Origin: the human T2T-CHM13v2.0 reference genome, Homo sapiens
DNA: 64,000 nt
Reading direction: 5' to 3' (one strand)
Assembly (NCBI RefSeq): GCF_009914755.1
Contig: NC_060926.1
Within the stretch, counting starts at the first letter, position 1, and every line of letters starts with the position of its first letter. Below the pieces are notes generated by a model, which searched no databases, was not told the DNA's origin, and was given only the letters and a program-made list of their open reading frames with translations. Below are positions 35,483 through 49,932 of this stretch, one piece after another. Position numbers and translations under genes: made by a program.

Positions 35483-38400
35483 TGAAACACTCTTTTCGTA
35501 AAATCTGCAAGAGGATATTTTGATAGCATTGAGGATTTCGTTGGAAACGGGATTGTCTTCATATAAACTCTAGACAGAAGCATTCTCAGAAGCTTCATTG
35601 GGATGTTTCAATTGAAGTCACAGTGTTGAACAGTCCCTTTCATAGAGCAGGTTTGAAACACTCTTTTTGTAGTATCTGGAAGTGGACATTTGGAGAGATC
35701 TCAGGAATACGGTGATAAAGGAAATATCTTCCAATAAAAGCTAGATAGAAGCAATGTCAGAAACTTTTTCATGATGTATCTACTCAGCTAACAGAGTTGA
35801 ACCTTTCTTTTGAGAGAGCAGTTTTGAAACACTCTTTTTGTGGAATCTGCAAGTGGATATTTGTCTAGCTTTGAGGATTTCGTTGGAAACGGGATTACAT
35901 ATAAAAAGCAGACAGCAGCATTCCCAGTAACTTCTTTGTGATGTTTGCATTCAAGTCACAGAGTTGAACATTCCCTTTCATAGAGCAGTTTTAAACACTC
36001 TTTTTGTAGTATCTGGATGTGGACATTTGGAGCGCTTTCAGGCCTATGGTGAAAAAGGAAATATCTTCCCCTGAAAACTAGACAGAAGCATTCTCAGAAA
36101 CTTATTTGTGATGTGCGCCCTCAACTAACGGTGTTGAACCTTTCTTTTGATAGAGCAGTTTTGAAACACTCTTTTTGTAATATCTGCAAGAGGATATTTG
36201 GATAGCTTTGAGGATTTCGTTGGAAACGGGATTGTCTTCATATAAACTCTAGACAGAAGCATTCTCAGAAGCTTCATTGGGATGTTTCAATTGAAGTCAC
36301 AGTGTTGAACAGTCCCTTTCATAGAGCAGGTTTGAAACACTCTTTTTGTAGTATCTGGAAGTGGACATTTGGAGAGATCTCAGGAATACGGTGATAAAGG
36401 AAATATCTTCCAATAAAAGCTAGATAGAAGCAATGTCAGAAACTTTTTCATGATGTATCTACTCAGCTAACAGAGTTGAACCTTTCTTTTGAGAGAGCAG
36501 TTTTGAAACACTCTTTTTGTGGAATCTGCAAGTGGATATTTGTCTAGCTTTGAGGATTTCGTTGGAAACGGGATTACATATAAAAAGCAGACAGCAGCAT
36601 TCCCAGAAACTTCTTTGTGATGTTTGCATTCAAGTCACAGAGTTGAACATTCCCTTTCATAGAGCAGGTTTGAAACACTCTTTTTGTAGTATCTGGATGT
36701 GGACATTTGGAGCGCTTTCAGGCCTATGGTGAAAAAGGAAATATCTTCCCCTGAAAACTAGACAGAAGCATTCTCAGAAACTTATTTGTGATGTGCGCCC
36801 TCAACTAACAGTGTTGAACCTTTCTTTTGATAGAGCAGTTTTGAAACACTCTTTTTGTAATATCTGCAAGAGGATATTTGGATAGCTTTGAGGATTTCGT
36901 TGGAAACGGGATTGACTTCATATAAACTCTAGACAGAAGCATTCTCAGAAGCTTCATTGGGATGTTTCAATTGAAGTCACAGTGTTGAACAGTTCCTTTC
37001 ATAGAACAGGTTTGAAACACTCTTTTTGTAGTATCTGGAAGTGGACATTTGGAGCGCTCTCAGGACTATGGTGAAAAAGGAAATATCTTCCAATAAAAGC
37101 TACATAGAAGCAATGTCAGAAACTTTTTCATGATGTATCTACTCAGCTAACAGAGTTGAACCTTTCCTTTGAGAGAGCAGTTTTGAAACTCTCTTTTTGT
37201 GGAATCTGCAAGTGGATATTTGTCTAGCTTTGAGGATTTCGTTGGAAACGGGATTACACATAAAAAGCAGACAGCAGCATTCCCAGAAACTTCTTTGTGA
37301 AGTTTGCATTCAAGTCACAGAGTTGAACATTCCCTTTCATAGAGCAGGTTTGAAACACTCTTTTTGTAGTATCTGTATGTGGACATTTGGAGCGCTTTCA
37401 GGCCTATGGTGAAAAAGGAAATATCTTCCCCTGAAAACTAGACAGAAGCATTCTCAGAATCTTATTTGTGATGTGCACCCTCAACTAACAGTGTTGAAGC
37501 TTTCTTTTGATAGAGCAGTTTTGAAACACTCTTTTTGTAAAATCTGCAAGAGGATATTTGGATAGCTTTGAGGATTTCGTTGGAAACGGGATTGTCTTCA
37601 TATAAACTCTAGACAGAAGCATTCTCAGAAGCTTCATTGGGATGTTTCAATTGAAGTCACATGTTGAACAGTCCCTTTCATAGAGCAGGTTTGAAACACT
37701 CTTTTTGTAGTATCTGGAAGTGGACATTTGGAGCGCTCTCAGGACTGCGGTGAAAAAGGAAATATCTTCCAATAAAAGCTAGATAGAAGCAATGTCAGAA
37801 ACTTTTTCATGATGTATCTACTCAGCTAACAGAGTTGAACCTTCCTTTGAGAGAGCAGTTTTGAAACACTCTTTTTGTGGAATCTGCAAGTGGATATTTG
37901 TCTAGCTTTGAGGATTTCGCTGGAAACCGGATTACATATAAAAAGCAGACAGCAGCATTCCCAGAAACTTCTTTGTGATGTTTGCATTCAAGTCACAGAG
38001 TTGAACATTCCCTTTCATAGAGCAGGTTTGTAACACTCTTTTTGTAGTATCTGTATACGGACATTTGCAGCGCTTCCAGGCCTAAGGTGAAAAAGGAAAT
38101 ATCTTCCCCTGAAAACTAGACAGAAGCATTCTCAGAAACTTATTTGTGATGTGCGCCCTCAACCAACAGTGTTGAAGCTTTCTTTTGACAGAGCAGTTTT
38201 GAAACACTCTTTTTGTGGAACCTGCAAGTGGATATTTGTCTAGCTTTGAGGATTTCGTTGGAAACGGGATTACATATAAAAAGCAGACAGCAGCATTCCC
38301 AGAATCTTGTTTGTGATGTTTGCATTCAAGTCACAGAGTTGAACATTCCCTTTCAGAGAGCAGGTTTGAAACACTCTTTTTATAGTATCTGGATGTGGAC

Positions 38401-39920
38401 ATTTGGAGCGCTTTCAGGCCTATGGTGAAAAAGGAAATATCTTCTCCTGAAAACTAGACAGAAGCATTCTCAGAATCTTATTTGTGATGTGCGCCCTCAA
38501 CTAACAGTGTTGAAGCTTTCTTTTGATAGAGCAGTTTTGAAACACTCTTTTCGTAAAATCTGCAAGAGGATATTTTGATAGCTTTCAGGATTTCGTTGGA
38601 AACGGGATTGTCTTCATATAAAATCTAGACAGAAGCATTCTGAGAAGCTTCATTGGGATGTTTCAATTGAAGTCACAGTGTTGAACAGTCCCTTTCATAG
38701 AGCAGGTTTGAAACACTCTTTTTGTAGTATCTGGAAGTGGACATTTGGAGAGATCTCAGGAATACGGTGATAAAGGAAATATCTTCCAATAAAAGCTACA
38801 TAGAAGCAATGTCAGAAACTTTTTCATGATGTATCTACTCAGCTAACAGAGTTGAACCTTTCCTTTGAGAGAGCAGTTTTGAAACACTCTTTTTGTGGAA
38901 TCTGCAAGTGGATATTTGTCTAGCTTTGAGGATTTCGTTGGAAACGGGATTGTCTTCATATAAACTCTAGACAGAAGCATTCTCAGAAGCTTCATTGGGA
39001 TGTTTCAATTGAAGTCACAGTGTTGAACAGTCCCTTTCATAGAGCAGGTTTGAAACACTCTTTTTGTAGTATCTGGATGTGGACATTTGGAGCGCTTTCA
39101 GGCCTATGGTTTAAAAGGAAATATCTTCCCCTGAAAACTAGACAGAAGCATTCTCAGAAACTTATTTGTGATGTGCGCCGTCAACTAACAGTGTTGAAGC
39201 ATTCTTTTGATAGAGCAGTTTTGAAACACTCGTTTTGTGGAATCTGCAAGTGGATATTTCTCTAGCTTTGAGGATTTCGTTGGAAACGGGATTACATATA
39301 AAAAGCAGACAGCAGCATTCCCAGAAACTTCTTTGTGATGTTTGCATTCAAGTCACAGAGTTGAACATTCCCTTTCATAGAGCAGGTTTGAAACACTCTT
39401 TTTGTAGTATCTGGATGTGGACATTTGCAGCGCTTTCAGGCCTAAGGTGAAAAAGGAAATATCTTCCCCTGAAAACTAGACAGAAGCATTCTCAGAAACT
39501 TATTTGTGATGTGCGCCCTCAACTAACAGTGTTGAAGCTTTCTTTTGATAGAGCAGTTTTGAAACACTCTTTTTGTAATATCTGCAAGAGGATATTTGGA
39601 TAGCTTTGAGGATTTCGTTGGAAACGGGATTGTCTTCATATAAACTCTAGACAGAAGCATTCTCAGAAGCTTCATTGGGATGTTTCAATTGAAGTCACAG
39701 TGTTGAACAGTTCCTTTCATAGAACAGGTTTGAAACACTCTTTTTGTAGTATCTGGAAGTGGACATTTGGAGCGCTCTCAGGACTATGGTGAAAAAGGAA
39801 ATATCTTCCAATAAAAGCTACATAGAAGCAATGTCAGAAACTTTTTCATGATGTATCTACTCAGCTAACAGAGTTGAACCTTTCTTTTGATAGAGCAGTT
39901 TTGAAACACTCTTTTTGTAA
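35483..39920 (+). repeat. Duplicate of ~26990-31430 (offset 8493, 50 monomers)
   Basis: Shared tagcattgag, gcagttttaaacac, gattgacttc, gtcacatg (1-bp deletion), ttcgctggaaaccgga, tgtatacgg. ORF offsets 28024/36517 through 31455/39948. Confidence 0.9.
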
Positions 39921-41354
39921 TATCTGCAAGAGGATATTTGGATAGCTTTGAGGATTTCGTTGGAAACGGGATTACATATAAAAAGCAGACAGCAGCATTC
40001 CCAGAATCTTGTTTGCGATGTTTGCATTCAAGTCACAGAGTTGAACATTCCCTTTCAGAGAGCAGGTTTGAAACACTCTTTTTATAGTATCTGGATGTGG
40101 ACATTTGGAGCGCTTTCAGGCCTATGGTGAAAAAGGAAATATCTTCTCCTGTAAACTAGACAGAAGCATTCTCAGAATCTTATTTGTGATTAGCGCCCTC
40201 AACTAACAGTGTTGAAGCTTTCTTTTGATAGAGCAGTTTTGAAACACTCTTTTCGTAAAATCTGCAAGAGGATATTTGGATAGCTTTGAGGATTTCGTTG
40301 GAAACGGGATTGTCTTCATATAAACTCTAGACAGAAGCATTCTCAGAAGCTTCATTGGGATGTTTCAATTGAAGTCACAGTGTTGAACAGTCCCTTTCAT
40401 AGAGCAGGTTTGAAACACTCTTTTTGTAGTATCTGGAAGTGGACATTTGGAGAGTTCTCAGGAATACGGTGATAAAGGAAATATCTTCCAATAAAAGCTA
40501 GATAGAAGCAATGTCAGAAACTTTTTCATGATGTATCTACTCAGCTAACAGAGTTGAACCTTTCTTTTGAGAGAGCAGTTTTGAAACACTCTTTTTGTGG
40601 AATCTGCAAGTGGATATTTGTCTAGCTTTGAGGATTTCGTTGGAAACGGGATTACATATAAAAAGCAGACAGCAGCATTCCCAGTAACTTCTTTGTGATG
40701 TTTGCATTCAAGTCACAGAGTTGAACATTCCCTTTCATAGAGCAGGTTTGAAACACTCTTTTTGTAGTATCTGGATGTGGACATTTGCAGCGCTTTCAGG
40801 CCTACGGTGAAAAAGGAAATATCTTCCCCTGAAAACTAGACAGAAGCATTCTCAGAAACTTATTTGCGATGGGCGCCCTCAACTAACAGTGTTGAAGCTT
40901 TCTTTTGATAGAGCAGTTTTGAAACACTCTTTTCGTAAAATCTGCAAGAGGATATTTGGATAGCTTTGAGGATTTCGTTGGAAACGGGATTGTCTTCATA
41001 TAAACTCTAGACAGAAGCATTCTCAGAATCTTCATTGGGATGTTTCAATTGAAGTCACAGTGTTGAACAGTCCCTTTCATAGAGCAGGTTTGAAACACTC
41101 TTTTTGTAGTATCTGGAAGTGGACATTTGGAGAGATCTCAGGAATACGGTGATAAAGGTAATATCTTCCAATAAAAGCTAGATAGAAGCAATGTCAGAAA
41201 CTTTTTCATGATGTATCTACTCAGCTAACAGAGTTGAACCTTTCTTTTGAGAGAGCAGTTTTGAAACACTCTTTTTGTGGAATCTGCAAGTGGATATTTG
41301 TCTAGCTTTGAGGATTTCGTTGGAAACGGGATTACATATAAAAAGCAGACAGCA

Positions 41355-42034
41355 GCATTCCCAGTAACTTCTTTGTGATGTTTGCATTCAAGTCACAGAG
41401 TTGAACATTCCCTTTCATAGAGCAGGTTTGAAACACTTTTTTTGTAGTATCTGGATGTGGACATTTGGAGCGCTTTCAGGCCTATGGTGAAAAACGAAAT
41501 ATCTTCCAATAAAAGCTACATAGAAGCAATGTCAGAAACTTTTTCATGATGTATCTACTCAGCTAACAGAGTTGAACCTTTCTTTTGAGAGAGCAGTTTT
41601 GAAACACTCTTTTTGTAAAATCTGCAAGAGGATATTTGGATAGCTTTGAGGATTTCGTTGGAAACGGGATTGTCTTCATATAAACTCTAGACAGAAGCAT
41701 TCTCAGAAGCGTCATTGGGATGTTTCAATTGAAGTCACACTGTTGAACAGTCCCTTTCATAGAGCAGGTTTGAAACACTCTTTTTGTAGTATCTGGATGT
41801 GGACATTTGGAGCGCTTTCAGGCCTATGGTTTAAAAGGAAATATCTTCCCCTGAAAACTAGACAGAAGCATTCTCAGAAACTTATTTGTGATGTGCGCCT
41901 TCAACTAACAGTGTTGAAGCATTCTTTTGATAGAGCAGTTTTGAAACACTCTTTTTGTGGAATCTGCAAGTGGATATTTGTCTAGCTTTGAGGATTTCGT
42001 TGGAAACGGGATTACATATAAAAAGCAGACAGCA
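41355..42034 (+). repeat. Fully chimeric 680-bp tetramer C/A-B/D-A/C-D/B
   Basis: Four consecutive hybrid monomers at 41355, 41526, 41697 and 41868. Repeated at 48491, 55626 and 60384. Confidence 0.88.
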
Positions 42035-45000
42035 GCATTCCCAGAAACTTCTTTGTGATGTTTGCATTCAAGTCACAGAGTTGAACATTCCCTTTCAGAG
42101 AGCAGGTTTGAAACACTCTTTTTGTAGTATCTGGATGTGGACATTTGGAGCGCTTTCAGCCCTATGGTGAAAAAGGAAATATCTTCCCCTGAAAACTAGA
42201 CAGAAGCATTCTCAGAATCTTATTTGTGATGTGCGCCCTCAACTAACAGTGTTGAAGCTTTCTTTTGATAGAGCAGTTTTGAAACACTCTTTTTGTAAAA
42301 TCTGCAAGAGGATATTTGGATAGCTTTGAGGATTTCGTTGGAAACGGGATTGTCTTCATATAAACTCTAGACAGAAGCATTCTCAGAAGCTTCATTGGGA
42401 TGTTTCAATTGAAGTCACAGTGTTGAACAGTCCCTTTCATAGAGCAGGTTTGAAACACTCTTTTTGTAGTATCTGGAAGTGGACATTTCGAGCGCTCTCA
42501 GGACTGCGGTGAAAAAGGAACTATCTTCCAATAAAAGCTAGATAGAAGCAATGTCAGAAACTTTTTCATGATGTATCTACTCAGCTAACAGAGTTGAACC
42601 TTCCTTTGAGAGAGCAGTTTTGAAACACTCTTTTTGTGGAATCTGCAAGTGGATATTTGTCTAGCTTTGAGGATTTCGTTGGAAACGGGATTACATATAA
42701 AAAGCAGACAGCAGCATTCCCAGAAACTTCTTTGTGATGTTTGCATTCAAGTCACAGAGTTGAACATTCCCTTTCATAGAGCAGGTTTGAAACACTCTTT
42801 TTGTAGTATCTGGATGTGGACATTTGCAGCGCTTTCAGGCCTAAGGTGAAAAAGGAAATATCTTCCCCTGAAAACTAGACAGAAGCATTCTCAGAAACTT
42901 ATTTGTGATGTGCGCCCTCAACTAACAGTGTTGAAGCTTTCTTTTGATAGAGCAGTTTTGAAACACTCTTTTTGTAATATCTGCAAGAGGATATTTGGAT
43001 AGCTTTGAGGATTTCGTTGGAAACGGGATTGTCTTCATATAAACTCTAGACAGAAGCATTCTCAGAAGCTTCATTGGGATGTTTCAATTGAAGTCACAGT
43101 GTTGAACAGTTCCTTTCATAGAACAGGTTTGAAACACTCTTTTTGTAGTATCTGGAAGTGGACATTTGGAGCGCTCTCAGGACTACGGTGAAAATGGAAA
43201 TATCTTCCAATAAAAGCTAGATAGAAGCAATGTCAGAAACTTTTTCATGATGTATCTACTCAGCTAACAGAGTTGAACCTTTCCTTTGAGAGAGCAGTTT
43301 TGAAACACTCTTTTTGTGCAATCTGCAAGTGGATATTTGTGTAGCTTTGAGGATTTCGTTGGAAACGGGATTACATATAAAAAGCAGACAGCAGCATTCC
43401 CAGAATCTTCTTTGTGATGTTTGCATTCAAGTCACAGAGTTGAACATTCCCTTTCATAGAGCAGGTTTGAAACACTCTTTTTGTAGTATCTGGATGTGGA
43501 CATTTGGAGCGCTTTCAGGCCTATGGTGAAAAAGGAAATATCTTCCCCTGAAAACTAGACAGAAGCATTCTCAGAATCTTATTTGTGATGTGCGCCCTCA
43601 ACTAACAGTGTTGAAGCTTTCTTTTGATAGAGCAGTTTTGAAACACTCTTTTTGTAAAATCTGCAAGAGGATATTTGGATAGCTTTGAGGATTTCGTTGG
43701 AAACGGGATTGTCTTCATATAAACTCTAGACAGAAGCATTCTCAGAAGCTTCATTGGGATGTTTCAATTGAAGTCACAGTGTTGAACAGTCCCTTTCATA
43801 GAGCAGGTTTGAAACACTCTTTTTGTAGTATCTGGAAGTGGACATTTGGAACGCTCTCAGGACTGCGGTGAAAAAGGAAATATCTTCCAATAAAAGCTAG
43901 ATAGAAGCAATGTCAGAAACTTTTTCATGATGTATCTACTCAGCTAACAGAGTTGAACCTTTCTTTTGAGAGAGCAGTTTTGAAACACTCTTTTTGTGGA
44001 ATCTGCAAGTGGATATTTGTCTACCTTTGAGGATTTCGTTGGAAACGGGATTACATATAAAAAGCAGACAGCAGCATTCCCAGAAACTTCTTTGTGATGT
44101 TTGCATTCAAGTCACAGAGTTGAACATTCCCTTTCATAGAGCAGGTTTGAAACACTCTTTTTGTAGTATCTGGATGTGGACATTTGCAGCGCTTTCAGGC
44201 CTAAGGTGAAAAAGGAAATATCTTCCCCTGAAAACTAGACAGAAGCATTCTCAGAAACTTATTTGTGATGTGCGCCCTCAACTAACAGTGTTGAAGCTTT
44301 CTTTTGATAGAGCAGTTTTGAAACACTCTTTTTGTAATATCTGCAAGAGGATATTTGGATAGCTTTGAGGATTTCGTTGGAAACGGGATTGTCTTCATAT
44401 AAACTCTAGACAGAAGCATTCTCAGAAGCTTCATTGGGATGTTTCAATTGAAGTCACAGTGTTGAACAGTCCCTTTCATAGAGCAGGTTTGAAACACTCT
44501 TTTTGTAGTATCTGGAAGTGGACATTTGGAACGCTCTCAGGACTGCGGTGAAAAAGGAAATATCTTCCAATAAAAGCTAGATAGAAGCAATGTCAGAAAC
44601 TTTTTCATGATGTATCTACTCAGCTAACAGAGTTGAACCTTTCTTTTGAGAGAGCAGTTTTGAAACACTCTTTTTGTGGAATCTGCAAGTGGATATTTGT
44701 CTAGCTTTGAGGATTTCGTTGGAAACGGGATTACATATAAAAAGCAGACAGCAGCATTCCCAGTAACTTCTTTGTGATGTTTGCATTCAAGTCACAGAGT
44801 TGAACATTCCCTTTCATAGAGCAGGTTTGAAACACTTTTTTTGTAGTATCTGGATGTGGACATTTGGAGCGCTTTCAGGCCTATGGTGAAAAAGGAAATA
44901 TCTTCCAATAAAAGCTACATAAAAGCAATGTCAGAAACTTTTTCATGATGTATCTACTCAGCTAACAGAGTTGAACCTTTCTTTTGAGAGAGCAGTTTTG

Positions 45001-48000
45001 AAACACTCTTTTTGTGGAATCTGGAAGTGGATATTTGTCTAGCTTTGAGGATTTCGTTGGAAACGGGATTACATATAAAAAGCAGACAGCAGCATTCCCA
45101 GTAACTTCTTTGTGATGTTTGCCTTGAAGTCACAGAGTTGAACATTCCCTTTCATAGAGCAGGTTTGAAACACTCTTTTTGTAGTATCTGGATGTGGAGA
45201 TTTGGAGCGCTTTCAGGCCTATGGTGAAAAAGGAAATATCTTCCCCTGAAAACTAGACAGAAGAATTCTCAGAATCTTATTTGTGATGTGCGCCCTCAAC
45301 TAACAGTGTTGAAGCTTTCTTTTGATAGAGCAGTTTTGAAACACTCTTTTTGTAAAATCTGCAAGAGGATATTTGGATAGCTTTGAGGATTTCGTTGGAA
45401 ACGGGATTGTCTTCATATAAACTCTACACAGAAGCATTCTCAGAAGCGTCATTGGGATGTTTCAATTGAAGTCACAGTGTTGAACAGTCCCTTTCATAGA
45501 GCAGGTTTGAAACACTCTTTTTGTAGTATCTGGATGTGGACATTTGGAGCGCTTTCAGGCCTATGGTTTAAAAGGAAATATCTTCCCCTGAAAACTAGAC
45601 AGAAGCATTCTCAGAAACTTATTTGTGATGTGCGCCTTCAACTAACAGTGTTGAAGTTTTCTTTTGATAGAGCAGTTTTGAAACACTCTTTTTGTGGAAT
45701 CTGCAAGTGGATATTTGTCTAGCTTTGAGGATTTCGTTGGAAACGGGATTACATATAAAAAGCAGACAGCAGCATTCCCAGAAACTTCTTTGTGATGTTT
45801 GCATTCAAGTCACAGAGTTGAACATTCCCTTTCAGAGAGCAGGTTTGAAACACTCTTTTTGTAGTATCTGGATGTGGACATTTGGAGCGCTTTCAGGCCT
45901 ATGGTGAAAAAGGAAATATCTTCCCCTGAAAACTAGACAGAAGCATTCTCAGAATCTTATTTGTGATGTGCGCCCTCAACTAACAGTGTTGAAGCTTTCT
46001 TTTGATAGAGCAGTTTTGAAACACTCTTTTTGTAAAATCTGCAAGAGGATATTTGGATAGCTTTGAGGATTTCGTTGGAAACGGGATTGTCTTCATATAA
46101 ACTCTAGACAGAAGCATTCTCAGAAGCTTCATTGGGATGTTTCACTTGAAGTCACAGTGTTGAACAGTCCCTTTCATAGAGCAGGTTTGAAACACTCTTT
46201 TTGTAGTATCTGGAAGTGGACATTTGGAGCGCTCTCAGGACTGCGGTGAAAAAGGAAATATCTTCCAATAAAAGCTAGATAGAAGCAATGTCAGAAACTT
46301 TTTCATGATGTATCTACTCAGCTAACAGAGTTGAACCTTCATTTGAGAGAGCAGTTTTGAAACACTCGTTTTGTGGAATCTGCAAGTGGATATTTGTCTA
46401 GCTTTGAGGATTTCGTTGGAAACGGGATTACATATAAAAAGCAGACAGCAGCATTCCCAGAAACTTCTTTGTGATGTTTGCATTCAAGTCACAGAGTTGA
46501 ACATTCCCTTTCATAGAGCAGGTTTGAAACACTCTTTTTGTAGTATCTGGATGTGGACATTTGCAGCGCTTTCAGGCCTAAGGTGAAAAAGGAAATATCT
46601 TCCCCTGAAAACTAGACAGAAGCATTCTCAGAAACTTATTTGTGATGTGCGCCCTCAACTAACAGTGTTGAAGCTTTCTTTTGATAGAGCAGTTTTGAAA
46701 CACTCTTTTTGTAATATCTGCAAGAGGATATTTGGATAGCTTTGAGGATTTCGTTGGAAACGGGATTGTCTTCATATAAACTCTAGATAGAAGCATTCTC
46801 AGAAGCTTCATTGGGATGTTTCAATTGAAGTCACAGTGTTGAACAGTTCCTTTCATAGAACAGGTTTGAAACACTCTTTTTGTAGTATCTGGAAGTGGAC
46901 ATTTGGAGCGCTCTCAGGACTATGGTGAAAAAGGAAATATCTTCCAATAAAAGCTACATAGAAGCAATATCAGAAACTTTTTCATGATGTATCTACTCAG
47001 CTAACAGAGTTGAACCTTTCCTTTGAGAGAGCAGTTTTGAAACACTCTTTTTGTGGAATCTGCAAGTGGATATTTGTCTAGCTTTGAGGATTTCGTTGGA
47101 AACGGGATTACATATAAAAAGCAGACAGCAGCATTCCCAGTAACTTCTTTGTGATGTTTGCATTCAAGTCACAGAGTTGAACATTCCCTTTCATAGAGCA
47201 GGTTTGAAACACTCTTTTTGTAGTATCTGGATGTGGACATTTGGAGCGCTTTCAGGCCTATGGTGAAAAAGGAAATATCTTCCCCTGAAAACTAGACAGA
47301 AGCATTCTCAGAAACTTATTTGTGATGTGCGCCCTCAACTAACAGTGTTGAAGCTTTCTTTTGATAGAGCAGTTTTGAAACACTCTTTTCGTAAAATCTG
47401 CAAGAGGATATTTTGATAGCTTTGAGGATTTCGTTGGAAACGGGATTGTCTTCATATAAACTCTAGACAGAAGCATTCTCAGAAGCTTCATTGGGATGTT
47501 TCAATTGAAGTCACAGTGTTGAACAGTCCCTTTCATAGAGCAGGTTTGAAACACTCTTTTTGTAGTATCTGGATGTGGACATTTGGAGCGCTTTCAGGCC
47601 TATGGTTTAAAAGGAAATATCTTCCCCTGAAAACTAGACAGAAGCATTCTCAGAAACTTATTTGTGATGTGCGCCCTCAACTAACAGTGTTGAAGCATTC
47701 TTTTGATAGAGCTGTTTTGAAACACTCTTTTTGTGGAATCTGCAAGTGGATATTTGTCTAGCTTTGAGGATTTCGTTGGAAACGGGATTAATTATAAAAA
47801 GCAGACAGCAGCATTCCCAGAATCTTGTTTGTGATGTTTGCATTCAAGTCACAGAGTTGAACATTCCCTTTCAGAGAGCAGGTTTGAAACACTCTTTTTA
47901 TAGTATCTGGATGTGGACATTTGGAGCGCTTTCAGGCCTATGATGAAAAAGGAAATATCTTCTCCTGAAAACTAGACAGAAGCATTCTCAGAATCTTATT

Positions 48001-49932
48001 TGTGATGTGCGCCCTCAACTAACAGTGTTGAAGCTTTCTTTTGATAGAGCAGTTTTGAAACACTCTTTTCGTAAAATCTGCAAGAGGATATTTGGATAGC
48101 TTTGAGGATTTCGTTGGAAACGGGATTGTCTTCATATAGACTCTAGACAGAAGCATTCTCAGAAGCTTCATTGGGATGTTTCAATTGAAGTCACAGTGTT
48201 GAACAGTCCCTTTCATAGAGCAGGTTTGAAACACTCTTTTTGTAGTATCTGGAAGTGGACATTTGGAGAGATCTCAGGAATACGGTGATAAAGGAAATAT
48301 CTTCCAATAAAAGCTAGATAGAAGCAATGTCAGAAACTTTTTCATGATGTATCTACTCAGCTAACAGAGTTGAACCTTTCTTTTGAGAGAGCAGTTTTGA
48401 AACACTCTTTTTGTGGAATCTGCAAGTGGATATTTGTCTAGCTTTGAGGATTTCGTTGGAAACGGGATTACATATAAAAAGCAGACAGCAGCATTCCCAG
48501 TAACTTCTTTGTGATGTTTGCATTCAAGTCACAGAGTTGAACATTCCCTTTCATAGAGCAGGTTTGAAACACTTATTTTGTAGTATCTGGATGTGGACAT
48601 TTGGAGCGCTTTCAGGCCTATGGTGAAAAAGGAAATATCTTCCAATAAAAGCTACATAGAAGCAATGTCAGAAACTTTTTCATGATGTATCTACTCAGCT
48701 AACAGAGTTGAACCTTTCTTTTGAGAGAGCAGTTTTGAAACACTCTTTTTGTAAAATCTGCAAGAGGATATTTGGATAGCTTTGAGGATTTCGTTGGAAA
48801 CGGGATTGTCTTCATATAAACTCTAGACAGAAGCATTCTCAGAAGCGTCATTGGGATGTTTCAATTGAAGTCACAGTGTTGAACAGTCCCTTTCATAGAG
48901 CAGGTTTGAAACACTCTTTTTGTAGTATCTGGATGTGGACATTTGGAGCGCTTTCAGGCCTATGGTGAAAAAGGAAATATCTTCCCCTGAAAACTAGACA
49001 GAAGCATTCTCAGAAACTTATTTGTGATGTGCGCCTTCAACTAACAGTGTTGAAGCATTCTTTTGATAGAGCAGTTTTGAAACACTCTTTTTGTGGAATC
49101 TGCAAGTGGATATTTGTCTAGCTTTGAGGATTTCGTTGGAAACGGGATTACATATAAAAAGCAGACAGCAGCATTCCCAGAAACTTCTTTGTGATGTTTG
49201 CATTCAAGTCACAGAGTTGAACATTCCCTTTCAGAGAGCAGGTTTGAAACACTCTTTTTGTAGTATCTGGATGTGGACATTTGGAGCGCTTTCAGCCCTA
49301 TGGTGAAAAAGGAAATATCTTCCCCTGAAAACTAGACAGAAGCATTCTCAGAATCTTACTTGTGATGTGCGCCCTCAACTAACAGTGTTGAAGCTTTCTT
49401 TTGATAGAGCAGTTTTGAAACACTCTTTTTGTAAAATCTGCAAGAGGATATTTGGATAGCTTTGAGGATTTCGTTGGAAACGGGATTGTCTTCCTATAAA
49501 CTCTAGACAGAAGCATTCTCAGAAGCTTCATTGGGATGTTTCAATTGAAGTCACAGTGTTGAACAGTCCCTTTCATAGAGCAGGTTTGAAACACTCTTTT
49601 TGTAGTATCTGGAAGTGGACATTTGGAGCTCTCTCAGGACTGCGGTGAAAAAGGAACTATCTTCCAATAAAAGCTAGATAGAAGCAATGTCAGAAACTTT
49701 TTCATGATGTATCTACTCAGCTAACAGAGTTGAACCTTCCTTTGAGAGAGCAGTTTTGAAACACTCTTTTTGTGGAATCTGCAAGTGGATATTTGTCTAG
49801 CTTTGAGGATTTCGTTGGAAACGGGATTACATATAAAAAGCAGACAGCAGCATTCCCAGTAACTTCTTTGTGATGTTTGCATTCAAGTCACAGAGTTGAA
49901 CATTCCCTTTCATAGAGCAGTTTTGAAACACT

